Positions 12,407 through 21,561 of a DNA stretch of 64,000 nt are shown here, one piece after another. The notes beneath the pieces were generated by a model. The model saw only the letters and a list, made by a program, of their open reading frames with translations, had not been told where the DNA came from and made no database searches. The stretch comes from a plasmid. Both the position numbers and the translations under genes were made by a program. How positions within the stretch are numbered: the stretch's first letter is position 1; each line of letters begins with the position of its first letter. Where the stretch lies: the sequence record NZ_CP083859.1; one strand, 5' to 3'.

Positions 12407-12757
12407 ATGAAAATCAAAAACACCCTTTTTGTAATATTAATGTTATCCCTGCCAGCCATTTCTGCTGAACATTCGGAAATGAAAATGTCAGATATGCACT
12501 CATCGGCATCATCACAGGAATATATGGCTGGCATGAAAAATATGCATGAAAAAATGATGGCCGCCGTTAATGAATCCAATCCCGATAAGGCCTTTGCAAA
12601 AGGTATGATCGCACACCATGAAGGGGCAATCGCAATGGCTGAGACCGAGCTCAAATACGGAAAAGATCCCGAAATGAGAAAGCTTGCGCAGGACATCATT
12701 AAAGCTCAAAAAGGTGAAATTGAGCAGATGAATAAATGGCTTGACAGTCATAAATAA
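12407..12757 (+). CDS. DUF305-family periplasmic protein (metal-homeostasis associated)
   Basis: 116 aa from ATG 12407 (track start 12356 is an upstream TTG). Signal peptide MKIKNTLFVILMLSLPAISA; HxxGxIxM and His/Met-rich helix pairs typical of DUF305. Confidence 0.7.
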   Translation: MKIKNTLFVILMLSLPAISAEHSEMKMSDMHSSASSQEYMAGMKNMHEKMMAAVNESNPDKAFAKGMIAHHEGAIAMAETELKYGKDPEMRKLAQDIIKAQKGEIEQMNKWLDSHK

Positions 12758-13144
12758 TGAACACTGGAGTGTTGTCTTGCGCACCCTCTTAGGGTACCCC
12801 CGGACACGAAAATATATAGCACTTAACTAATTAATAACCCTAATAATTTCGGGTTTTTAATGTGACTTTCTTTTCTGAACGGAAATAATAGTCATACAAT
12901 TTAATTTTCTTGTAATTACTCCTACTTTTAATCAGGTACTGGACGATGGATAACGACTCCCGCCCGAGAGGGAAAATCCGTCTGGTTACCTGGCGCTATA
13001 CTTAACCGATTGATCGACATGCCATGCTGGTAAAATATTAAAATCCTCCCCCATAAATCTGAACCACATGACAGGATTGATAGTCAGGCAGTATTTCACA
13101 TTCATTGCTAAAAAAATAAAAATAAGCATGCATCTTCTCGAAGA

Positions 13145-14059
13145 TTAATTACCTTCCATCTTGTAAAAAAGAATCAAATCCTCTAATAATATCTCGATTC
13201 CCGCTTTTTTTAATACATCTTTCCGCTCGGCATATATTTTCCTCAACATATCTTCAAACCCCTTGCCAAGATGAATTTGTTTATGGCAGTTGCAACATAG
13301 TGATATGATATTCTCTTCCACATCCAGTGAATTCTCAAAATAGTCTTGCTTTGACATCGGGACAATGTGATGAGGTTCTGTGTAATTTAGAGGAGAGTTT
13401 CGCCTTCTGAACGTTGGATGGTCGCAATTAATTTCACATTTATAATCAGCTTTGTTAAGCGCATTTTTTGAAACAGATTTACTTCTTGGGTATGAGAGTC
13501 CATTTTTGACTTCTATTGCAGCTTTCTTAGGTTTCGCTTTTTCGCTATACTCAAATGTCTGAGTAACGTCAAAGTGATTACTTTCTTCTAGAGCAGTGAT
13601 CAAATCATTATCTGAGTAAAAATCAATGCTTGAGCTTTCGTTCGTACTAAAAAAATCTAGTTCTTTTATTGCCTGAACAAGTTCTTCACGGATAGTCCAT
13701 AAATTTCGCTTTGGGTTTCCTTTAATTTCTCTACTTTTCATGACTGTAATGAATTTTGTCCCGGAAGCAATCTTTCCGACTCCTTTAACCTCGAATCGGC
13801 CAAGCTGCTTCTGAACTCTTCCACCCAACCCATTGATTACACCATTAGCACTCATACTGTGCAGGTCGTACTTCTTGCCGATATCGAAACATGTACAGGA
13901 ATGGTCTGGCTCAATGAACCATTTTTTTAACGCTGCAATACTTTTGTCATCAAAAACTTTTTTATCCCTTAATAAAATCTTCCATTCTTCAACGCTAATA
14001 TCTATATCACAGACGTATTCACCATCAATTACTTCACATATTTTTTCAATCATGTCCAT
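13145..14059 (-). CDS. HNH endonuclease with ~200-aa N-terminal domain of unknown function (possible restriction / modification-dependent nuclease)
   Basis: 304 aa. C-terminal HNH motif (EPHHIVPMS..NIISLCCNCHKQIH) with CxxC..CxxC zinc knuckle. Very AT-rich codon usage inside an AT-rich block (12.78–14.69 kb) that contrasts with the flanking sil genes. Confidence 0.7.
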   Translation of the reverse strand: MDMIEKICEVIDGEYVCDIDISVEEWKILLRDKKVFDDKSIAALKKWFIEPDHSCTCFDIGKKYDLHSMSANGVINGLGGRVQKQLGRFEVKGVGKIASGTKFITVMKSREIKGNPKRNLWTIREELVQAIKELDFFSTNESSSIDFYSDNDLITALEESNHFDVTQTFEYSEKAKPKKAAIEVKNGLSYPRSKSVSKNALNKADYKCEINCDHPTFRRRNSPLNYTEPHHIVPMSKQDYFENSLDVEENIISLCCNCHKQIHLGKGFEDMLRKIYAERKDVLKKAGIEILLEDLILFYKMEGN

Positions 14060-14689
14060 AACTCTCTTGTAACACAGGCTTTGTAATAATGTAAAATCCG
14101 TTACACGGCGTTGTATGTAATGTCATTGTCTCTTGGACTCCTACAGTCCAAAACAACTTTGTGTTTTGTTGTCCAAAAACTTTTTGTTGCCGTGAGTTCT
14201 CACTGAGATAAATCTCGCCTTGAGCGTATCACATCAGCAGACTTCCTCTCAACCTTATGGACTTAACCCGGTCATTCTTCACGACAAAGAAAGTACGGCA
14301 TTTTACATGACGAAGAGACGGTCTCAGCTTCACATGACCGGATAACGTTTTTAATGTACTTCATTATTACGGCACGGGTGTTCAACGAGTATTTTTAAAT
14401 ATTAATCATTTTGTTTAACGGGTGGATACCTACAAATTTTAACATTTACTAATCAAGATAGCAGTTGTACGTACTTTCCCGGCAAAAATCCTGAGGTTTA
14501 CAGATTCCCTCACCGTAACAGACCCGGTCATTCCCCTGGTCCTCCGGAGAGTCTAGTACGAGTGATAAACGTGAATTCCTGTACCTGAAGTTCAGCCGCT
14601 GGCAGATAAGTCGTGAACTATAATTACACTCAGTCAGATCCAAACACCTTTTCATCTGCATATATACTTTGTACATACCAGGAGATTAC

Positions 14690-15664
14690 ATGCAGGCACC
14701 CGGTATACCGGAGAATGAAGAACAGAGGCTGAAGTCCCTGTATATTACCGGCCTTCTTGATACCCGTGACGATGAGCGTTTTGAACGCCTGACGCGGCTG
14801 GCCCGCAAAGCCTTTCAGGTCCCGGTGGCCCTGATAAGCCTGCTGGATCGCGAGCGCCAGTGGCTCCTCGCCTGCCAGGGCGTCGGCGTGCGCGAAACCC
14901 CGCGTAACATCTCGTTCTGCGGGCATGCCATTCTGCAGGAGGGGCCCTTCATTGTTCACGACGCAGCTGCTGATGAGCGGTTCCGTGACAATCCCCTGGT
15001 CACCGGTGAGCCCCACATCCGGTTCTACGCCGGCCAGCCGGTGAACCTGCCCGACGGCACGGTGGCCGGCACGCTGTGCCTGATCCACACCGTTCCCCGC
15101 GCCTTCACGGATGATGACATTGCGTCCCTCCGGGATCTGGCCTGTATCGTGGAAGACGAATTCGAGGCCATCAGCATGGCCATGACGGACAGCCTGACGG
15201 GCATTCCCAACCGGCGCGGGTTTTACCGCGCCGGCGAAAAACTCTTCCGCGCGATGAACCGGCAGGATGCGTCGTTCAGCCTCATCTATTTCGATCTGGA
15301 CAGGTTCAAACCGGTGAACGATCTCTGGGGACACGCAGAGGGAGACGAGGTGCTGAAGGTTTTTGCCGGCTTTTTACATCAGCACCTCGAACCGGGCGAA
15401 ATAGCAGGCCGCCTCGGCGGGGATGAGTTTGCCGCCCTGATCCGGCGAAACGGGAACACGAGTTCTTTTCTGCAAGCGCTGAGTGCCAGTTTGGATCATT
15501 ACAATGACACCTCGGGTAAGCCCTACAACATCAATTATTCCTTTGGCGAACTGATCAATAACGCAGACCAGTACGCGACGCTGGCGGAAATGATCGGCAA
15601 ATGTGACGAAGTGATGTACCTGAAGAAAAAACGAAAGACCCTCTCCCGGAAAGCAGAACCGTGA
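14690..15664 (+). CDS. GAF-domain diguanylate cyclase (intact RLGGDEF active site)
   Basis: ATG at 14690 with SD aggag. N-terminal GAF-like segment, C-terminal GGDEF domain (RxGGDEF, DxLTG.PNRR). Track start 14669 is TTG. Confidence 0.85.
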   Translation: MQAPGIPENEEQRLKSLYITGLLDTRDDERFERLTRLARKAFQVPVALISLLDRERQWLLACQGVGVRETPRNISFCGHAILQEGPFIVHDAAADERFRDNPLVTGEPHIRFYAGQPVNLPDGTVAGTLCLIHTVPRAFTDDDIASLRDLACIVEDEFEAISMAMTDSLTGIPNRRGFYRAGEKLFRAMNRQDASFSLIYFDLDRFKPVNDLWGHAEGDEVLKVFAGFLHQHLEPGEIAGRLGGDEFAALIRRNGNTSSFLQALSASLDHYNDTSGKPYNINYSFGELINNADQYATLAEMIGKCDEVMYLKKKRKTLSRKAEP

Positions 15665-16295
15665 CGCTTTCCTTCCCGGCTGATCCCCTGCCCCGGGGTT
15701 CAGCCGGACGGCAGGAACAATATATTTAACCTCATGGCGCATAAAGTCATTTATATTTGCTCATGGAGCAATAATCCTCTCATCGCAACAATTACTCGTT
15801 TTTTGTGTCCATGCTGCAATAATTCCTCTCTTCCTCTCCCGAGATCTGAAAAATAGGCAAAGTCGGAAATATCACGCTCGGCTGCCTGGAGGGAACTTGA
15901 ATGCGGGACGGCCGTTAACAGCATGAGCAGTGACTTTCATTAGGTTTGGTTATTCAAAGCTGGATGCACATCGCAGTTAGCTCCCGGACAGAATGGGAGC
16001 CCTGATTTTCCCTTTTTCAAATGTGGAAATGATTTACGTCAAACCGGAACGGGGCTTATAATCAGCTGTCGTCACCTCGGGTGTTCCCCTCTGCGCTTTT
16101 TACCGCCTGTAAATGGTTACAGGGACTTCCGGCAGTAGCCGGACTGTAAAAGGAAACCCGCCATGAAACCGAAAATTGTACCCGTTGTACGGTATACACG
16201 TTTTCGTTTCGGGCGCGTAGAGCATGTGCGTAATCACATGCGCTCGCTCCCGACGCGTTAAGTGAACGGTACCCGCAGGTGACGATACTCTTTGT

Positions 16296-18506
16296 TTACG
16301 CCTCTGTTTCCGGCCGTTCTTCGGATTCACCCATCATGGCAAGATAGTGTTCATGGTCATCAGTGTGAATAAACACTTTCCTGAACATGTTCAGATAGCG
16401 TTCCTTATCGATGACGCCGGTTGAGAAAAGATTTCTACCGTCCGAATGCGAGTGGCGGTTGATGGCCCGGTAAAATGAATCATATTCTCCGGCATCGCTG
16501 TGTTCCGTTGCCAGAGACTCCAGGGCTTCTTTAAGCTTTTCATTCTTGCAGGAAAAGCTGAAATAATACTCCAGAATATTCCTCATCGTATTGAACAGCA
16601 CCACGGGCTGGGTTTTCGCATCCCTGACGTCTTTCAGTGTCTGCCATAACGCCTGATATTCATTGAGCATTTCGTGCATGGAAAGCGTTTCGCAGGAACT
16701 GTAATCCGACTTGATGATGCGAAACAGCGACCAGTTTGCTGGCGCTTTCCTGCCATCCTGCAGGCGGCCGCTGTTCAGCAGCATCTCCTGGAAGAAAAAC
16801 ATATTATGCGTCAGTATCACCACATGTCTCGCTGCAGCGGCCTTAATTATCTTCCGCTTAATGAGTGCTGCAACTTCATAGATATAGTTATGTGACAGGC
16901 TGGAAATCGGGTCATCAATCACAATGAGTTTATTTTCCGGATGGATGGTTTCCGGGGTAAGACTGCCCGAACACGATTCGATGAAATAGAGAAAAGCAAC
17001 CATTGTTTTCTCACCCTCACTGAGGGATTTGAAGACTTCCGCCTTTTCTGGCTCGCTTCCCCGGCGAAGACGGTACAGTTTCATCTCTGCATCATGGCAG
17101 ATGATTTCAAAGCCGGTGATCCCCAGCAGCCTGAGATTCGCATTGATACTGTTAATGGTTGGCTGGATGTCGGAGAGCTGTCCGGTCAGCCTGTTCGTCT
17201 CATCATCCAGTGTTTTCTTACTGGCAGCCAGGGCGCCGACTTCACGCAATCTGGTGTCGATTTCGTTCTGCAGTTCGCCAAGCTGCCGGTCACGCCCGGC
17301 AAAGAACTCCTCACAAATTCCCCTGAGGTGCGCCATAACTTCCGTATACAGGTTCTGTTTTTCCTGACTGAAGTTTTCAGCAAGACGGTTGTTTTCCCGT
17401 ACCCGGATATTTAAAACGTCCACTTCCTTCCGGAGCTGCACCAGGGGATCCTGAACGTTCTCGGGTTGTACCTGCCGGGAAGGCTCTTTAATTTTAGTAA
17501 GGAGCTGCTGTAACAGGATCCGGAAGCCTTTATTGACCGTTTTCACCAGGCTTAAAATCTGACTGTCCTCATCAACGAAAGCATGGGTCGTAACACGGCG
17601 TTCTAATTCGGCCAGGGCATCACAGTCCTGAGCAAGTCGTTCTGCGGCCTGGCTCAGCGCCCCGAGAGACGTCTGGTATGACTCATCAAACATCTGAATG
17701 AGTTCGCGCGAAAAGGCCGTGACATCCAGGGACTGCTGGCAGAATGGGCAGATATCGTCGTGTATATACTGCTGTCCCTGGCGCACCCAGTCAGCATTAC
17801 CGATCTTCTGAATGAGAGCAGAGAATTGCGTACTGCTTGCAGGCATCACGGGTTCCTGCATCAGTGTCAGGGTGTCTTCCGTTAAAACAGTTGTCGGGGG
17901 AATATGAATTTCGGCGACAAGCGTTCCTTCGCTCTGACTTAACATCCGCCATTTATCCGCCAGCGCCTCAGCCGTGGTGCTAACCTCCGACAGCGGTGTT
18001 GCCACCATACGTTCGTAAAACGATCGTTTAATTTTAGCGCCATCCAGGAAATCGCTGAGGATTTTCCTGTCATTGACTGTCCGGTTGAAAATATCTTTGG
18101 CACAGCTGTCAGTGACCGTTTCCTTCATACCTTCCTTCTCGGCGATCTCCTCATTCAGCTTATCTGTCCGGGCACTCAGTTTTGCGCTTTCTTTATTATT
18201 ACTGTTTATTTTGTCCTGGCTTTCCTGATTGGCCTCGCTGAGGGTGAAGATCCCGGGCTGATAGTCAGAACGGGTGAACTTACTGTCAATGTATTCCTGA
18301 TTAAAGACCTGAAAGTGGCTGACGTGCGGGCTCTCAAAGGTGCAGTGCCGGTATTTATCCGCCTGCCGGTCATAGAAATAGCCTGATACCGTGGATTTTC
18401 CTGAGCCGTTCTGGCCATAGATGAGTGTCACCTTACTGCTGAGATCAAAGCAGATATCCCTGTCAGGCGCGTAGCTTCTGACGCCCCGGATCCTGAGTTG
18501 AGCCAT
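16296..18506 (-). CDS. Rad50/SbcC-like ABC ATPase with coiled-coil CxxC zinc hook and C-terminal putative anticodon-nuclease-like domain (RloC-like)
   Basis: 736 aa from ATG 18506 (SD aaggag 6 nt upstream; track start 18566 lacks SD). Walker A GQNGSGKST near the N-terminus. Long helical insertion containing CPFCQQ. ABC signature LSEGEKTM, Walker B LIVIDDPISSL, H-loop VILTHN. C-terminal ~190 aa carry an R-x3-E...H pattern (MRNILEY...H) reminiscent of PrrC/RloC ACNase. Confidence 0.6.
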   Translation of the reverse strand: MAQLRIRGVRSYAPDRDICFDLSSKVTLIYGQNGSGKSTVSGYFYDRQADKYRHCTFESPHVSHFQVFNQEYIDSKFTRSDYQPGIFTLSEANQESQDKINSNNKESAKLSARTDKLNEEIAEKEGMKETVTDSCAKDIFNRTVNDRKILSDFLDGAKIKRSFYERMVATPLSEVSTTAEALADKWRMLSQSEGTLVAEIHIPPTTVLTEDTLTLMQEPVMPASSTQFSALIQKIGNADWVRQGQQYIHDDICPFCQQSLDVTAFSRELIQMFDESYQTSLGALSQAAERLAQDCDALAELERRVTTHAFVDEDSQILSLVKTVNKGFRILLQQLLTKIKEPSRQVQPENVQDPLVQLRKEVDVLNIRVRENNRLAENFSQEKQNLYTEVMAHLRGICEEFFAGRDRQLGELQNEIDTRLREVGALAASKKTLDDETNRLTGQLSDIQPTINSINANLRLLGITGFEIICHDAEMKLYRLRRGSEPEKAEVFKSLSEGEKTMVAFLYFIESCSGSLTPETIHPENKLIVIDDPISSLSHNYIYEVAALIKRKIIKAAAARHVVILTHNMFFFQEMLLNSGRLQDGRKAPANWSLFRIIKSDYSSCETLSMHEMLNEYQALWQTLKDVRDAKTQPVVLFNTMRNILEYYFSFSCKNEKLKEALESLATEHSDAGEYDSFYRAINRHSHSDGRNLFSTGVIDKERYLNMFRKVFIHTDDHEHYLAMMGESEERPETEA

Positions 18507-19112
18507 TTTTTTCTCCTTGTTGTTCCCTGAGTTTGCCCAGTCTTTCCATCGTAGCCCACTTTGCATTCGGGTTATGTCATCCCGATCAGATTTATCTTAA
18601 CCACTCCTGCGCGCTAAACCTGACATGACAGGACGGGATAGATCGCGGAATTTGTTTTGGTGTATTAATGCAGAACTGGCAACAAAAATAATGTTTTTGT
18701 GCGCTTTGGTTATTAATACCTTAATAACAATAATCTCATTACATTATTGCTTAATATGCAGCAGTATCTTTCCTTCGTCTTGAAGATCCGAAAACCCTGA
18801 GTTCCGGATCACGGCGATTTTCTGCGCTGATTTGTGAAACGAAAATTAAAAATGTGCTACACTTTAAGTAGTTAGATAACTTTCACCCTCTCCGCATCAG
18901 ACCGACCTGACGAGTAAATCCTGTTAATCTGTTCATCATCGCTTCCGAAAACTTTGCTATTATGAATTTTTCGGAAGTCAAAAAGAGTGAGATCCGGTAA
19001 TTGCGGGCGGTGACTGTTATTCTGCTAATCACTGCGGGCGGGCAACGGAATGTTCTGCTGGCGATGATAAATAAATAGAACTAATAGATATTAAATAATA
19101 AGGAAGTTGATT

Positions 19113-19403
19113 ATGAATATGAAAATTACACTGAGTGTTTTATTTGAGGCTCTCATAATCCTTGGGCATGACAGAGTCTGGATGGAAGAATCGGAGTTTG
19201 AGCACATATACGGATACGGCTGCTACCGTGAGATACACACTTGGGACGATCGCACAGTTGCCTGGTGGGATGATGCTGATGACACATGGTATCTGTCCAC
19301 AGAAGTCGATGTGATAACTCCTTTCCTTGGCCCTCTCCCAAAGAAAGAAGGAGAGCTCTCCGAGGAAAAATGCTTCCAGTTAATGACTCTTGGTCGCTAC
19401 TGA
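19113..19403 (+). CDS. Hypothetical 96-aa Trp/Asp-rich protein
   Basis: ATG 19113 with SD aggaag 6 nt upstream. No recognisable family. AT-rich surroundings. Confidence 0.5.
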   Translation: MNMKITLSVLFEALIILGHDRVWMEESEFEHIYGYGCYREIHTWDDRTVAWWDDADDTWYLSTEVDVITPFLGPLPKKEGELSEEKCFQLMTLGRY

Positions 19404-19533
19404 TAGCCGACAGCAGCATTTAATGAGTGGTCGGCTGGACACCCTCTGGCGGCCACATGTCACTCGATAGTGTAGTCCGGCGGGATTTCTCCCTGAAGAT
19501 GATCCAGACATTAACGTAAAGGATACAGGAACG

Positions 19534-20064
19534 ATGTGTAAACTGACCGGTTTTATAATGGGGCTGACGATCCTGCTGGGTGTGACTGCACGGGATGCAG
19601 GGGCGGCAACGCTCAGTGAAATGCGGATGGTTAATGCCAGTCAGAAACCCGGGATGGTGATTATCTGCAGCCGGACCTCGGAGATTCCGCAGAAAGGTGA
19701 ATCCCCCGTTCGTATAGAAAGTCTCCTCAGGGGCGTGGTACTGCAGAACGACGGTGATCGCATGATGTTTGACGTGACCTATACACAGCGAAACGCTGAA
19801 GAGAGTATTCCTTTTCGTACGGAAAAATACCGGCTGACCACTGAGCTGGAAGCCACCCGCCAGAAAATGGCCATCGATCCTGAGACGATAGAACTATCGC
19901 TTCCGCGTGCCCGCGGTCTTGAAGAAACTTTTCTCGCGGGGATGAAAGCAAGCCCGGTTTCGTTTGAAGATTACACCAATTACCGTGTCAAATCTGCTAC
20001 CGAGTATCTGATCCTGCCGGGTCCGGCATCCCCGGATGCACCGGTGATGCACTGCACACTCTAA
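19534..20064 (+). CDS. Hypothetical secreted protein (176 aa, signal peptide)
   Basis: SD aggaacga precedes the ATG. N-terminal signal peptide MCKLTGFIMGLTILLGVTARDAGA. Confidence 0.55.
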   Translation: MCKLTGFIMGLTILLGVTARDAGAATLSEMRMVNASQKPGMVIICSRTSEIPQKGESPVRIESLLRGVVLQNDGDRMMFDVTYTQRNAEESIPFRTEKYRLTTELEATRQKMAIDPETIELSLPRARGLEETFLAGMKASPVSFEDYTNYRVKSATEYLILPGPASPDAPVMHCTL

Positions 20065-20082
20065 TGACAATGGTGACATAAC

Positions 20083-20859
20083 ATGATGCCAGCACTGCCA
20101 GGCCATAGCGGGGCTTTTTCCTCTGCTCAGCTACCGGTGGCCATCGATTACCCGGCCGCGCTGGCACTGCGCCAGATGGCGCTCGTTCAGGACGAACTGC
20201 CGAAATACCTGCTGGCGCCGGAAGTGAGCGCCCTGCTCCACTACGTGCCCGATCTTCACCGTAAGATGCTGCTGACCACCCTGTGGAACACCGGCGCCCG
20301 TATTAACGAAGCACTGGCCCTGACCCGGAGTGATTTTTCCCTGGCCCCGCCCTACCCGTTCGTGCAACTGGCAACCCTCAAACAGCGGGTGGAGAAAGCG
20401 GCCCGAACGGCCGGCCGTGCTCCGGCCGGCAGCCAGCCTCATCGTAACGTTCCGCTTTCCGATCCGCAGTATGCCCGCCAGCTGGAAATGATGGTGGCCA
20501 CCCTGAAAATACCGCTGGAACGCCGGAATAAGCGCACCGGCAGAACGGAAAAGGTGCGCATCTGGGAGATCACCGACCGTACCGTTCGCACCTGGCTGGG
20601 CGAAGCTGTTAAAGCGGCAGCCGCCGACGGGGTGACGTTCTCCGTGCCGGTGACGCCACACACGTTCCGCCACTCCTACGCCATGCACATGCTGTATGCC
20701 GGAATTCCGCTGAAGGTGCTGCAGAGCCTGATGGGGCACAAGTCGATCAGCTCGACGGAAGTCTATACAAAGGTATTTGCTCTCGATGTTGCTGCAAGGC
20801 ATCGTGTGCAATTTTCAATGGCAGAGGCTGATGCTGTTGCCATGCTGAAAAAAAGATAA
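20083..20859 (+). CDS. Tyrosine site-specific recombinase (phage-integrase family, short XerC/ResD-like form)
   Basis: 258 aa. Conserved R..HxxR..Y catalytic signature (HTFRHSYAMHMLYAG..LMGHKSISSTEVYTKV). Adjacent to RepFIB, as with the int gene next to F RepFIB. Confidence 0.8.
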   Translation: MMPALPGHSGAFSSAQLPVAIDYPAALALRQMALVQDELPKYLLAPEVSALLHYVPDLHRKMLLTTLWNTGARINEALALTRSDFSLAPPYPFVQLATLKQRVEKAARTAGRAPAGSQPHRNVPLSDPQYARQLEMMVATLKIPLERRNKRTGRTEKVRIWEITDRTVRTWLGEAVKAAAADGVTFSVPVTPHTFRHSYAMHMLYAGIPLKVLQSLMGHKSISSTEVYTKVFALDVAARHRVQFSMAEADAVAMLKKR

Positions 20860-20925
20860 CTAAATTTGTCAAAATTTACAGACAGTTGTAATGACATCCA
20901 CTTATTCGATAATAAATTAATCTTG

Positions 20926-20982
20926 CGTTACGTGAAAACTGACAGGGGTCCAGGCTGTACCAGGCCGGAATTCACGTAACGC
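20926..20982. other. Inverted repeat (GCGTTACGTGAA ... TTCACGTAACGC, 33-bp spacer) immediately after the recombinase gene; candidate recombination site
   Basis: Perfect 12-bp arms seen directly in the sequence. The position 3' of the recombinase suggests a cognate res/rfs-like site. Confidence 0.4.
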
Positions 20983-21124
20983 ACTTTACGTCTTCTTCAT
21001 TACTTACCTTTTCGTTCCGATCCTGTTCATCCCTGCATTGCCCCCTTTTCTTCATAACGCATTTCACTGTTGCCGAAAGCCCATGGGGTCGACTTTGCGA
21101 CCGCGGCCGCACTCAGAAGGATGG

Positions 21125-21300
21125 CCACTTTAACCGGCGCCACCCTGGCGTACCTACTCGTCCCCGAAGTGAGAGCCCTACTCTTCTATATGCCGGATCT
21201 TCACCATTAAATGCTGTTCTCTACTTTCTGGAACACGGGAGTGCGGATCAGTGAATCCCGGACGCTGCCCCCGGAATCCTTTGATCTCGGTGGGTTAAGA
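21125..21300 (+). pseudogene. Degenerate duplicate fragment of the 5' part of the recombinase gene
   Basis: About 65% nucleotide identity to 20215–20340 (..[30 protein letters not shown]..) with an in-frame stop and no start. Confidence 0.55.
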
Positions 21301-21339
21301 CCCTTTGTGAAAGTACTGGGCTAAGGGCATCCGCCCTGA

Positions 21340-21545
21340 CGAACAATATTGACTAAGTGATGAAAGTAAACATATCGCAGTGAAGATGTTGAGCAGACTG
21401 CCCGCTCTTCCACACACCGCAGTCAATATCAATACTCTGGTAGGCCTATCCACATATCGCAGTCAAGGCAAGCAAAACCTAAACGGAATGATGAATCAGT
21501 ATAAATTGACTGTGGTATGCGCTCTGCATACCACAGTCAACAAAC
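21340..21545. repeat. RepFIB iteron cluster downstream of repA (CATA(C/T)C(G/A)CAGT(C/G)AA-type ~20-bp repeats)
   Basis: At least 4 direct and inverted copies of the motif (catatcgcagtgaag, caccgcagtcaat, catatcgcagtcaagg, cataccacagtcaac). Confidence 0.75.
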
Positions 21546-21561
21546 TCTAAAACGGCATTCC

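Noticed and set aside
14630-15334. Minus-strand 234-aa ORF
   Set aside because: Antisense to the GAF-GGDEF gene, which has clear domain motifs and an SD.
13145-18506. Septu-like (PtuA ATPase + PtuB HNH) two-gene defence system hypothesis
   Set aside because: The HNH gene and the ATPase are 2.2 kb apart, separated by an opposite-strand GGDEF gene and long spacers, so they are not operonic. The ATPase has a zinc hook and long C-terminal domain (RloC-like), not the PtuA architecture.
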